DNA of 64,000 nucleotides, taken from NCBI GenBank assembly GCA_002269645.1, contig NIVC01003668.1:19962-83961 (forward strand). The letters run 5' to 3'. Positions within the stretch are counted from its first letter, which is position 1; every line of letters starts with the position of its first letter. The translations under genes were made by a program, and so were the position numbers. The DNA is from Macrostomum lignano. Its lineage: Eukaryota. Below are positions 45,375-57,800 of this stretch, in pieces. Under the pieces are notes generated by a model, which did not search any database, had not been told where the DNA came from, and saw only the letters and a program-made list of their open reading frames with translations.

Positions 45375-46399
45375 TGGTTCTGGCGCGTCGGGCACTGGGT
45401 GTTGCGATGACCGGGCTGTCCGCAGCTATAGCAGATTATAGCTCTCTTTGGCGGGCTGGCTACCTGCTGTTGGTCACGCTGCACCAGGTGATCCAGCATT
45501 CGCTGCTGCTTCTCAATCAAGTCGGTTAGAGTCGGTAAGGCTTGGGCGGTGACGTCGGGTTTCGGGTCGCCATCCTCCTCCCCGTCCAACATCCTAACCG
45601 GGGGTTGAGCAGATCGGTGCGCCAATTCTTTGGCGCCTTCTAGTCGTCGTAGCTCTCGAATCGCAGCAAGAAGATTGTTCGGGCGAACCCAGTACAGCCG
45701 TTCGCGCAGATCTGGAGTCGTCCGGATACCAGCAAGAAATTAATCAGTAATCTCCTCGCGGTCTTCAGGATGCATTCGAGGATATGCACGTTCACCCAGA
45801 GTTCTCAGGGCGTCAGCGAACTCTTCTGCTGACTCATTCTTGCCTTGTTGACGACGTCGCAACAGTTCTCGATACTCATCAGCACCACCATGACGGGCAA
45901 ATCGCTCAATCAGACGTTGCTTGACCTCCCCGTAGCTGGCGAAACGCGGAAGATTCATACCAAGCAAGGCTGGATACGCAGTAGCCAAATCGAGACTCGC
46001 GATGAGGTGTTGTTTCATCTCGAACGGGTCGACGATGCGCTCCATCTCGCAACGCTGCTCGAACGCGGCAAGCCAGACATGAATGTCCTGACTTGGAGTA
46101 AACTTTACAATTTTAACTTGTTTACTCACAGGCCGCTCCATCTGCTGCTGCAGAGCTGCCATCATGGTCCTCACGTCCTGGTGCGTGATGTTCCGGCCGA
46201 TGTTGTCCAGGCCTTGCAGAAGCTCGTCTGGCGGGTCGTCGGACACGTCGCTTCTCGCACCTTGCCTCGGCGTTGGCTGCTGACCAAAGTCGTTGACCGC
46301 TGCTGCTGCTGCGGCGGCTTCTGCTGCCGCAGGCCTCGAACTGCTGATGTGCTGATCCAGCCGGCTGCTGCACCGGCTCTCGTCTCGCTCGTTGAACAT
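45227..46399 (-). pseudogene. gag, copy 2 (in-frame TAA at 45740-45742)
   Basis: The frame continues past the stop as EITD*FLAGIRTTPDLRE... to the CCHC knuckle; first ATG at 46399. Confidence 0.88.
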
Positions 46400-46491
46400 G
46401 TTGAACTCGTCGTAGTCGCTGGCCGATGTCGTTCTCGAAAGAGCGGTTGGCTTGGGTGTGTCGTAGTCGGATCTCACCGCTGCGTCACCAG

Positions 46492-47487
46492 TGAAGTACA
46501 ATGGGGTTTCTTCCCGGTTTCGGCCCTTGCGGATTACCTTCAGACTCGGGCCTCTTCAGTGGGAAGTTCTCTCAACTTTCTCAGTAGCGTAGGTAGTGCT
46601 GCCACCAGTTCCTTCAGGTCTCGGCCTTCGGTGAGGTGAGCTTCCCGTCGGAACGAAATAATGAAGTCAACGAACACAGCACGACGTGCAGATTTGCAGC
46701 TCACGTATAAGGCGTCTCGTCAGCAGCACCTGCCGGGCTTGGATGGTACAGGGAGGGCGGAGTTAGCCTCTCGTAAACTTGGGTTGGTTTTGGTCAGGTC
46801 TCAGTCGGAGCAATAGGAACAGAATCAATGTGCGCAAAGATTCGGACACTCGGGACTCAGTCACACGCGGACGTAGAACTCGAGGTTGAACAGAAGGAAG
46901 ACTCCTTGACGGAAACAAGGGGGAGAGGGCTCCTATTTATAGCCGGGAAATTCCCACGCTCCAGACCTCGTGACTTGTTCTATTTTTAGAACTGACGTCA
47001 CTCGAGAGTCTCAGGCAGGGTTCAAGCGCGCGGAAGACCTCGTGACTTGTTCTATTTTTAGAACTGACGTCACTTGAGGGTCCCCGGCAGAGTACACATG
47101 GCTGTGACTCAGTTGCTATTTTTAGCAACATGAGTCACTCCTCTCCTTAGAAAAGGGAGGGGTCCGAAAGCATGTGACTCACCCGGTAAACAGGGCCAAC
47201 GAGTGCAGTAAACATGTTTACTGCACTTTAAGACTCAAAGAACGCAAGAGCTGTCATGTGACTTGCTCACAAGACAGGGAAAACAGGACGGGAGCGAAAC
47301 AGAGACAGCCCACAGTCGAGAGACTGAGGGCTGAGAACGGAAACGCAGCAGGGCGGAAAGGACACGGGGGCAACAGGCAAGCGAAAGGAGGGCGGGAAGC
47401 TGACCAGCGGCAGACAGCAACCCAAAGGGAGGGCGAGGGAACGGCTGACAAGGGTGACGCCTAGCCATAAACTAGCGGCTCACTACA
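46492..47487 (-). repeat. Family B LTR (5' LTR)
   Basis: 996 bp, followed by the PBS-like sequence on the minus strand. Confidence 0.95.
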
Positions 47488-49667
47488 TATAACTAAATTT
47501 AGTTATATAATAATATGAAAGGGTGATGTTTTAATTTTTGGCTTCCTTACAAGTTATTAGTTTATATGCTCATAAATTATGAATTGTATCTACCACCTAA
47601 AAAAATCTTAGATCACTACTAATAGCATACATGCACAACTGCTGGCCAACCTGGCCGATCTGGCCACCGTAAATTGTGGTGGACCAGGAGTGAGTTGCAA
47701 AAATGCCACCCCAAAGAATACGGATGTAGTACTAATTAGATGTCGAGGCATTTATGGCTGATAAGGTGAAGTTAGCAAGTATAATTTGCATAGAGAATAC
47801 GGACGTAGTACTAATTAGATGTCGAGGCATTTATGGCTGATAAGACAGTCATAGTTACTCCTGCCGTTTACCCAAAACTGCGTTAATTTTGGTTTAGGGT
47901 TTTTTTCACAGGTAAGTCGCATTTTTTGTCAAAAAGTAAGTTGCATGGCCAGTGTAAATCAGTGGGGTTGCGCATGTATGACTAATAGTACTGATATTGT
48001 TTCAGTTTTAACTACGTCTACTTTAAGTTTAACCTATACACTACATACACTATTTTAAATAGTTAATCAAGACTACAAAACTTTTGATTTTGTTTATTGT
48101 ATTGTATAATTCTTGATCTTAAAAAAGGGTTCTAAAAATCTTTAGATCTTTAACATAGATCTATGAATCTAGAGTTATGATGAATATTCAAAATAATTGA
48201 AATTGAATCAAATTGGACAAATATTCATTTTGAATTAGAATTGGAAAATAAACAATCAAATAACAAAATGTTTGTTTAATATAGTGCAAAGATTTAGAAT
48301 AAGTCAAGAGTTAAATATTGGTATTGTGGCTTATAAATAAGGGAAAGAATTTAGAATGGGTCCTGGGATAACATGTGATGCATCTTAAAGAAAGACAGGG
48401 GTGCTTGAGCTGTTGAAAGCATGTTGTGCTCCAACTGAGTACAAAGGTTTTAGGAGGCTTTAGGAAAAGTGGAGCAATAAGAATCAAGTGTATAGAACAT
48501 AGGTTTGGGGGTGCTAATTCCCACAAACTTGGAGAGATAGGGTTGGCATTTGGTCTGGGTGCATTTCATTGGACAAGAAGTAAAGATGCAAGCATATTAG
48601 TCAAGGACTGCTAAAGGGAATAGGGCTGGATATTAAATACCATCTGCTTCCAGTAATGAATATAGCTAGAAATTTCCATACAAGTTGAATCATTGCAATT
48701 TTTGGCTTCACCAAAGTGCTCACCCATGTGGCAGTTTTAGAGAAAACAGCAATAGCAAAATCTTTGTGAATCATTTTTAATAACTATACCTTTAAATATA
48801 TTCTACTTATGAATGTAAAAATCAAAAACTTAAAAATCTAGAATGAGTTCATTCAACAATCAATTATCACTACCGACAAGGGACTAATGAGTAGTGAAGT
48901 GGGCATATTATTGACTAAAATATTCATTCTCAGTTTTAGTATTAAAGTCAAATTAAATCAGTTTAAAAAAAATTAATTCGTCCAATCTCTAGACTCATCC
49001 ATATACAATTTAATTCTACTCATGAAAGACCCAATAAGCTTTTTCTGAACATATAATTCAAAAACATTTAGTTGTTGCAGCTCTGTATTTTGACCTGTAG
49101 ATATCCTAGTCTAATCTGCTTTTGGCTTGCTCTAATGGCAATCCACTGCACTGTAATATTGAGCATGCTTCTATTAGATTACGGCTTCAACAGAGAAAAT
49201 TGTTCCAGATTAACCAATTGCAAATCCCCTGTCAATTTTGTCCTTGTCCTTGTTGAGATAATCCTTATAGCGAATAGCCTTGCTTGACTGCCCTGTCAAA
49301 TAGTGCACACCAATGCATGCTAATCTGAGCAATTGCCGTCCTAACCATTAATCTTTTTTGTCAGATAATTTGGGCAGCTAACAGAACTATAGAAGTCAAC
49401 TAAGAGAGCCTCAAACTATATAGTGTAGATTTGATTTATATTGCGATCTTTCCAGCATTAACATACAGTCATTTTAAACCTCGCTTTTGATTCTCAACTG
49501 CTGAATAAGCAGCAGACCTGCCCATTACCCCTAGTCCTTTAGTAGTTTCTAAAGGACTGCCCGTAGCTTCCATTTTTCCACTACCCTGCTCAGCGCTTTT
49601 GCATAAAGCTAAAGCTGCACTACTGATTGAACTGAAAGTAATTTGAACTCTGCAAAACAAGTTACAG

Positions 49668-50222
49668 ATGGATTCAGTTAAAACTAATGACACAGTTTGG
49701 ATGCGCCGCTGCCTGAACTTGGCCAATGAAGCACTTGAAGCTGGCGAAGTTCCAGTCGGCTGCGTGATTGTCTCGGCAGATGGAAATGGCGTTGAACTCA
49801 CTAGCGGCAGGAATCGTGTCAACGAAGCTCGAGACGCTACGAGACACGCCGAATTAGTAGCGATCGATGCTCTGAGAGAGCGTTTAGATTCCGCTGAGTC
49901 TCTGCTAGTTGCTTTGTCTGGCGCTGCTCTCTATGTCAGCATTGAGCCGTGCGTTATGTGCGCATCGGCCTTGCGTCAACTTGCCTCGTTTAAACGCGTA
50001 GTTTTTGGCGGTCACAACGAACGTTTTGGTGGCTGCGGCAGCGTTGAAAATGTTCACTCGGATGTTCGACTGCTGCCGGAGTTGCCTCCACTGATTGTTG
50101 AGGCTGGGTTATTGGCGGACGAAGCTGTGGAGCTTTTGCGACAGTTTTATAGACAGGAAAATGCAGCGGCACCGGATGAGAAACGGCGCAGAAAAGAGCC
50201 GCCTACAATGCATGCGTCTTGA
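49668..50222 (+). CDS. ADAT2: tRNA-specific adenosine-34 deaminase catalytic subunit; single coding exon
   Basis: 184 aa; EVPVGC, HAE and EPCVMC zinc-deaminase motifs, NERFGGCGSV, and FYRQEN typical of ADAT2/Tad2. Confidence 0.93.
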   Translation: MDSVKTNDTVWMRRCLNLANEALEAGEVPVGCVIVSADGNGVELTSGRNRVNEARDATRHAELVAIDALRERLDSAESLLVALSGAALYVSIEPCVMCASALRQLASFKRVVFGGHNERFGGCGSVENVHSDVRLLPELPPLIVEAGLLADEAVELLRQFYRQENAAAPDEKRRRKEPPTMHAS

Positions 50223-52219
50223 TGCTCCGTCAGAGAGAACAGAGAGCGGACAAATAACATAAAAGAAAGCTGTCAGGAACTTGAATCAGATGTTCTCTGC
50301 TGTGCTGCATGCTTCTCTATTGAGACGATTCTTTGCTTGTCTGTCACTAGCTACCCTTGCACATGTAGCTGTGTTTTGCTTGTGTCACAACTTGCAATAC
50401 CGTTACTTCCGCCGTCTTTACATTTAAGCGCTGTCCGCTACCCTATCCAAGTCTTTGTGATTTTTAGCGCCCTCCTGGTACAAGTCTCTGTCTTCTTCCA
50501 TACCTTAAAAATGTTACCTTTTGTGTTCCATCGCTACATCGCTACAAAACATGGTGTACAGTGCTGCCGTACTCATAGTGCGGCCCACCGACCCATTCAA
50601 TGTCTTTGTGTACTTTTCCAGTCGTTACCGTCACCCTACCACCGTGCCTCTGTGCCTCTTCTTTCCTAAGATGCGTAAGCCGCTGCTTCTTGTTTCAGTC
50701 CTTTGTTTTGAGTTAAAAATGACTCTCCCAGTGTTTGTACCGGTTTCGCATTTCTAGCTTCCTAGCAGTGTAATGCAGCTATATGTATTTCACCAGCCAT
50801 TGCAATGAGTTTTATAAAGTTCGTTTAGACAAACTTGAAAACCATACATATAAAGCAGACTTTCATCGTATTTACATTTCGAATAAGATAATATCCATGA
50901 ATGCGTAATATTCTCAGCGCGGCCAAATATTCCCCTATGGGAATTTGTTCGTTGACCTTGTTTTGTTAAATCTCATTTAGTGAGTCGTACTGATGGGGAT
51001 GTTTTATAGCTCAAAATGTCGTATCGTCGAAAAATTGGTAGTCAACAATTGTCTATGGCCAAAATCTCAGGATCATTAAAAGGCAACCATCTACATACTA
51101 ACCGTTAACGCTTGTAAAGTTTTAAATGTCTATGAAACACCCCCAGATGTCCATGACTTCCACTAAAAGTCTAGAACGATCAACATCCTAAACTCGAAAT
51201 TTGAAATTTTAGAGAAAAGTCTTGCTAAAGGCACTTCTCTCTAGTCCCGACTAATGTGAAGTCTCAAACTTGTGAAAGCGGCCTTAAAAATTTATAATAG
51301 TTCATATATGTAGCCTCGTTAAATAATGATGTTTTCATTGCAGTTCTTTCAACTTCGATGCTGCTGCAGAACTAGAAAACGCGCGTAGCAACTATCCAGA
51401 ATAAATATGTAGATATTTTTGAATAGCTGTAGTTGCACTGTAGTTTGAGTGATTGCAACACTCTGCCGCTAAGCTGTCCTGTCTGTATACTGTGTCTATA
51501 CAGCTATTGCTATATAATTGCTTCCTTTTTTCTGGGCCTGCCCTGCCCAGTTTTCCATGAATGTACATGTGTACTTTCCGTCTGTCTGAAGTGCCGGCTT
51601 TCGTTCTCTGTCAGTTTTAATACCTTTTACATGCGTCTGGATTTAGCTAACGCCTTCCACATCTGTTCCCCATGCCTGATTGTCTTTAGTGTGTCTCTTT
51701 AGTAAGGCAAATAATTATTTGATGACAGTTTCTTTTGACTAAAAAGTGCATTCTAAAATCCAGGTGTTATTTCAATTTGAAAGAAGCTAGCTATATAAAT
51801 ATATGCAGATTTGTTTAACCTGATTTCTATAATATATATGACTTTGAGATTTTACCTACATGGCAAATCTATATATTGTCTATGCATATTTTTGACTCAT
51901 TTGTTAGTCACTTTCTGCATGTTGATAGAAAGTCTAATTATACGAGCTAGAAGCCTAGCTTCAGCTCACTAGTTATACTGCCGATATTTTATTTCAGAAA
52001 TAACTAAACAGTTGATATGGAATATGGATTTGGCTACATTGTTGCTACTTGGGGAAATATCACACTCTATATACTCGTACATACATGTACTTCCAGGGGT
52101 CAGGGGTGTCGCCACTGGAGGGGTGGGGGCAGAAAAGCTATGGGGGGACATGCCAACGCTTTGTCCTGGACCCCACACCACCTTGTGATCTGTTGTGGAA
52201 TTCAATAGTTTTGCTTCAG

Positions 52220-52840
52220 GGCGCCAAAATGTGTGCCCGTCTGCGGCGCTAAATGATCGTGCCTGCGCGGCGCCAAAATGAGTGTAGCTGTCTAGATTCT
52301 CTAGAATGCGGCGCCAAAATGAGTGTCTGTCTGCGGCGCCAAAATGAGTTTCTGTCTTCGGCGCCAAATGAGTGTATAGCTGTCTAGAATGTGGCGCCAA
52401 AATGTGTGCCCGTCTGCGGCGCCAAATGATCGTGCCTGCGCGGCGCCAAATAAGTGTAGCTGTCTGCGGCGACAAATGAGTGTCTGTCTGCGGCGCCAAA
52501 TGAGTGTCTGTCTGCGGCGCCAAATGAGTGTCTGTCTGCGGCGCCAAAATGAGTAGCTGTCTAGTATGTGGCGCCAAAATGAGTAGCTGTCTGCGGCGCC
52601 AAATGAGTGTATAGCTGTCTAGAATGTGGCGCCAAAATGAGTGTCTGTCTGCGGCGTCAAATGAGTGTATAGCTGTCTAGAATGTGGCGCCAAAATGAGT
52701 GTCTGTCTGCGGCGCCAAATGAGTGTATAGCTGTCTAGAATGCGGCGCCAAAATGAGTGTCTGTCTGCGGCGCCAAATGAGTGTATAGCTGTCTAGAATG
52801 CGGCGCCAAATGAGTGTGCCTGCCTGCGGCGCCAAAATGA
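52220..52840. repeat. Mixed 24/34-bp minisatellite (GGCGCCAAA core)
   Basis: GCGGCGCCAAA(A)TGAGTGT... units. Confidence 0.9.
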
Positions 52841-53764
52841 GGGCTAAAAGCACCGTTTCTCAAAATAGCTCGTAATGTACTTGTAGAAATTTAGTCATGT
52901 GCATGCAGCTACTTATACTTAACTAGATTAAATTCAATCAATCACTTATGTATGTAACAGCTATGCATTTAAGCTGCAGTTGAATTGTAAACAGTGGGCA
53001 TTTTGCCAGAGCTAAAAACTGATCAATCAAGATCATACTGCAGTATGTGGCTTTATTATATTTCCATAACATGCTTTAAGAAGATTCCGTGTGTATTCGA
53101 GAGCTATATCGCTACAGTATATCTACGGAGAAAAACTCACAAGACTTGTATTAATCCCTCTTACCCCTCTGGTACGATTAGGATTAATGCGAAATAGTAT
53201 AATCTTTATTATATTAACTGGCTAGACTTAATATTTCAAACTATAGCTGTCTAACTAAAATATGCATGCTATAATTTATTTTCTATTGACAGAAGAGCTT
53301 CGACCGTGACAAATTGGTTCTGCAAGCCTGCAGTCGCACGCGCATAGGTTTTTAGGGGTATCGGGAGAATCAGTGGGAGCGCAAGGCAATCAATCGATTT
53401 TGTCACCCTAATAGTGGGGGCTCATCTTAAAAAAGTTTATAAATTATAGCTATAGCTGTGATCGCTACACAGACTGATTGAGAAGTTATTTGTACAGGGT
53501 ACAGGATGCGTTATTGACTGTTCTGTGTAATTAAAAGTTTGAGATTCGAGAATGGAATCGTATACATTTATGAGCACAACTGTAAATAAAGGACCGCAGT
53601 GAGTACTACTGAGTTGTAAAACTCAGACTGTAATTTTTTATTGAAGACCTGCAATTATTTAGAAAAGCGTACCAAGTGGAGACAAGAAAAACTTTTATTC
53701 ATCACATAATCAATGATTGCATTTGATCTGGGGGCGGTGAAGATTACCATCTCAAAGTCTAACC

Positions 53765-54690
53765 CAAAGAGGAACCAGGGTTGGTGCTCAAAGAGGAGCC
53801 AGCTGGGTTGGTGCTCAAAAGAGGAACCAGGGTTGGTGCTCAAAGAAGAACCAAGGTTGGTGCTCAAAGAGGAACCAGGGTTGGTGCTCAAAGAAGAACC
53901 AAGGTTGGTGCTCAAAGAGAAACCAGGGTTGTTGCTCAAAGAGGAACCAGGGTTGGTGCTCAAAGAGGAGCCAGCTGGGTTGGTGCTCAAAAGAGTAACC
54001 ACGGTTGGTGCTCAAAGAAGAACCAAGGTTGGTGCTCAAAGAGAAACCAGGGTTGGTGCTCAAAGAGGAACCAGGGTTGGTGCTCAAAGAGGAGCCAGCT
54101 GGGTTGGTGCTCAAAAGAGTAACCACGGTTGGTGCTCAAAGAAGAACCAAGGTTGGTGCTCAAAGAGGAACCAGGGTTGATGCTCAAAGAAGAACCAAGG
54201 TTGGTGCTCAAAGAGAAACCAGGGTTGGTGCTCAAAGAAGAACCAAGGTTGGTGCTCAAAGAAGAACCAAGGTTGGTGCTCAAAGAGGAACCAGGGTTGA
54301 TGCTCAAAGAAGAACCAAGGTTGGTGCTCAAAGAGAAACCAGGGTTGGTGCTCAAAGAAGAACCAAGGTTGGTGCTCAAAGAGGAACCAAGGTTGGTGCT
54401 CAAAGAGGAACCAGGGTTGATGCTCAAAGAAGAACCAAGGTTGGTGCTCAAAGAGAAACCAGGGTTGGTGCTCAAAGAAGAACCAAGGTTGGTGCTCAAA
54501 GAGGAACCAGGGTTGATGCTCAAAGAAGAACCAAGGTTGGTGCTCAAAAGAGGAACCATGGTTTAATGCTCAAAGAGGAACCAGGGTTAGAGCTCAAACA
54601 GGAACCAGGGTTGGTGCTCAAAGAGGAACCAGGGTTTGATGCTCAATGAGAAACTAGAGTTGTTCTCAAAGAGGAACCAAGGTTGATGCC
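53765..54690. repeat. 24-bp minisatellite
   Basis: GGGTTGGTGCTCAAAGAGGAACCA units. Confidence 0.95.
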
Positions 54691-54837
54691 CAAAGTTCCG
54701 CTAAGATGGATAACTGAAGGTGTACAGATGGGACTTTTAATTACATTCAGACACAGAATAAAACAAGGATGAACGCAAGCTTGCAAATATTGAAAAATGC
54801 TTAACAAAGAAACTATAATACTCCCCCCGTAAGCTAT

Positions 54838-57800
54838 TCAAACAACAGACACCTGCAGTACTGAACTGTTGTCCTCGGATCGAGTTGCTGCTATCGCTGA
54901 ACTTGCCGCAGCGTTGACTGCGCCCGAATCCGAAGTGGCGGTGACGGCGGCGGTGTCTTCAAACAGAATGCCCATGAGTTCGCTCTCCTCGTCGCTTGTG
55001 GTATGCGAGCACTTGTTGCCTAAATTGGCTTGCAGACCGCCGGCTCCGCTGCCACCAACCGTACCGTTGAACTCGTTTCGGAAGCGGCTCCGAAATCGAT
55101 AATAATTGCACAGAGCTTGCACACACTTTGCGCCGAATAGGAGCAGAAATTCCGACACTTCAACGAAAGTCACTAGCGACATCCCGGCCCACAGGCCGCC
55201 GATCCCGCCGAGCTCGGAGAGCACCTCAACAAACGAATAAGACGGCGACTCGCGAATCAGCGTGCCCTTCGATTCTTCGGCGTAGACGTGCAGTTTAACG
55301 AAATTTTCGCGCACGAATCTTAGGCTGGTGTTCCACGCGGTGGCCCGGTCCACCGCGCCGTTGGGAGTTCGGTTGGTGTAGTCCAGGATCAGGTCCAGCA
55401 GCGGGATGCCGTGAAATTCCCTGGTGCGAGATTCAGGAGGTTCCAGGACATTCCAGTCGTGTATATTTTTTATTAGAGACAAGAGGCTGTGTGCACACTG
55501 GTGCACTTTAAGCGACATTGCCATACAACCGGCGAAAGGACTTACTGCCCATTCCGCCGACTCCCCTGAGCAGGCACACAAGCACGCGGATGCGTATGCA
55601 GTCATACGCACAGGCACACACTCACACAGTGTGTACAGCGTGCCTTAAGGGTTGGCCCTCAAGGGCGTTAAATGCACGAGCAGAGCCAAGCCGATCTTCC
55701 AATTTAGCCCCAAATTAATGCGACTGCACTTGGAATCGAACCTGGGCCGCGCTAGTACATCAGAACGTAGAACATAGGCTGCGCCCCCCCCCGAGAGAAT
55801 AGATGAGATAAGAGATGAAATGAGAGAAGAGTGAGATGAGTGATGAAGGGAGAGAATAGATGAAATGAGATATGAGGGAGAGACGAGATGAGATGAGAGA
55901 TGAAAGAAGAGACGAGATGAGATGAGAGATGAAAGAAGAGACGAGATGAGATGAGAGATAACAGGAGGGAAGAGATGAGATTAGAGATAACAAGAGAGAA
56001 GAGATGAGAGAGAACTCCAGCCCTAACGTCCATCACGTTAAATGGCTCTCAACTTACCTGTCAGCCAGAGAGCCCCTCGGTCCCATCACAAAGGTGTGCA
56101 CAAACGCTTCCAAATCTGAGTAGGCAGGCCAGGGTGCGGCCGAAGCAGAATAGGCATAACTGTTTCGCTGGCACTCCTGCACTCGAGCACAGTCGGCCAC
56201 AAACTTGTTCGACATAGTCTGTCGAACTCGTCGTTCAACTTCGATGTACTTTTGCAACTGGCGCAGCTTGCGACTTGCCCGACTGGCGAAGTCAACGTTA
56301 GGCGTCGCTGGCGCGGAGCTGAAGTCTACGTAGTGGCAGAGTCTGGAGCGATTCGTGTTGGGCAGAAAGGTGGACTCGCAGCCGCACAGGCGTCTCAGAG
56401 TGGCCTGCCACAGCTGCACCACGCAGTCTTGGCTGCGGCGCTTGAACTGCACCTGCTGATGCGGCTCCGCCACCTGCGACAGTATGTTAATCGAAATGTA
56501 GCTTTACCTTCTACTTCCAGTGGCTCTTGGATGAAGACATCTGCATGTCATCATTTCACAGCAGCCAAGACTACCCATTTGATCTACGTTCTTCTCTGAC
56601 CTGACCCTGTGACCCAATTGGGCCAGATGTGCAACCGACGCAACAGCCGCAGCTATTGCGCGGCGCATCTGAAGGCTGCGTACGTCCGGACGTCCGGTCT
56701 GGTTGTCAACACGCTGAAGGCCGACATCCCAGCGAACCTAACGTGCCGCGGCGAAGATGGGCAGACGACCAAGCCAGCGGCTCACCTACCTCGACAGTCT
56801 GGTGCCATACGTGGAGGAAGGACTCGCCTGAAGCGGCCTTCCGTTCGATCCGAGCCGTCCCCAGTCCAAAGCGCTGCCCGACCGCCAGAAGGCTCGGCTG
56901 TGGAAGGCGGTGGTCGAAACCGTCCTGCTCCACAACGCCGAAACGTGGACGCTGACGGCTACGATGGAGCGGCTGCTGGACTCAGCGCACTCAGGGCTGC
57001 TCCGTGCGGCCTTTTGAGCTGACGAGAGCGTCGGAACCGAGGCCCTGTACGATCGGACCAAGCTGCAGCGCCCGTCCATCATCTTGCGCCGGCGGCGACT
57101 TCAACTGGCGGGCCACGTGATCCGGGCCGAGGGCTTCTGCCCCCACCCTGCTCAGGACATCCTGCTGCTCACCTTGCAGGGCCCGTTCAGGCGGGGTCAG
57201 GCCCGAACCCGTCGATACGTGGACTGCCTCCTATGCGACGTCGGGGCTCCCGACACTGCCAACGGAGTGGACTTCGTCCGCTCTCATGCTCTGTGGCGCG
57301 CCGTCTGACGCGCCCTGCTCTAAGTGTGACCTTGCATGCGGGGCTGCGTATTTTGTTGTTGTTGTTGTACGGCTGTTCAGTCCAAGGACTGGGGGGGGGG
57401 GGTCGCCACACCCACCCTTAATACCCCAGCTAATGCTGGCACCCTTTTTACAGCTGCTTGAACTGAAGCAATGCAATGTACTCAAGAACACAAATTGTTC
57501 CGAATGGTTCGAGAATCGAACTTCCAGTCGTGAGTCATACGCTCCAACCACTAAGCTGGCTACAGCCCTAGCTTCCTTAGCTTCTATTAAGCTTTGAATG
57601 TATTAAGAAGTAACGGCATTAGGAGAAGCTATACTTGGTATTTTTTAATATTGTGATTATTAGAGTTTATATTATACAACAGAAACTCCACTCCAGCGGA
57701 GGGGCAAATGGCTAGTCCACTATACTATTTTGTCAGTTCACCTTAACTCACCCAATAGGACACGCTACCGTAGTTGTCAACACAACGATTGCCAGACCGA

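Larger units (their letters stand above)
29965..47487 (-). mobile_element. Tandem Gypsy family B array: LTR-internal-LTR-internal-LTR
   Basis: Three 996-bp LTRs and two ~7.27-kb internal regions, with a TATA TSD (29961-29964, 47488-47491) around the whole array. PBS-like TGGTGACGCAGCGGTGAGAT (46490-46471, 38227-38208); PPT GGGGAGAG abutting the LTRs. Confidence 0.97.

Noticed and set aside
32536-45529. Many 60-270-aa antisense or alternate-frame ORFs over family B gag-pol (and over family A, POR and CAP exons)
   Set aside because: Expected shadows of GC-rich coding sequence; no motifs or promoter context.
29965-47487. Tandem as a pure assembly duplication
   Set aside because: The copies carry distinct substitutions and indels and a proper TSD surrounds the array. 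It is still not fully excluded without spanning reads.
47530-47545. Sm-site-like AATTTTTGG suggesting an snRNA or SL RNA
   Set aside because: No upstream SL exon/5' splice site or stem-loops; common in AT-rich DNA.
47715-47844. 51-bp direct repeat (47715-47765, 47794-47844; one mismatch)
   Set aside because: A two-copy local duplication with no TSD, ORF or other structure.
49533-49558. 10-bp perfect hairpin upstream of ADAT2
   Set aside because: A single short stem; it is uncertain whether it is transcribed and it could be chance.
50750-53500. Apparent enrichment of AGCT/TAGCT words
   Set aside because: Roughly two-fold at best by eye and partly due to the minisatellite; far weaker than the TAGGCCTA cluster.
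55545-55570. Possible 20-nt micro-exon in the DEG/ENaC gene (CAG/GGGAGTCGG...GGCA/GTAAGT)
   Set aside because: Its exit phase is incompatible with the downstream acceptor and frame.
55715-55790. B-box GGTTCGATTCC on the minus strand (tRNA/SINE-like)
   Set aside because: No A-box and no complete cloverleaf.
57505-57570. tRNA-like A-box, CTCACGA loop and B-box on the minus strand
   Set aside because: Variable/T arms are too short and the acceptor stem does not pair; at most a decayed tRNA-derived SINE.
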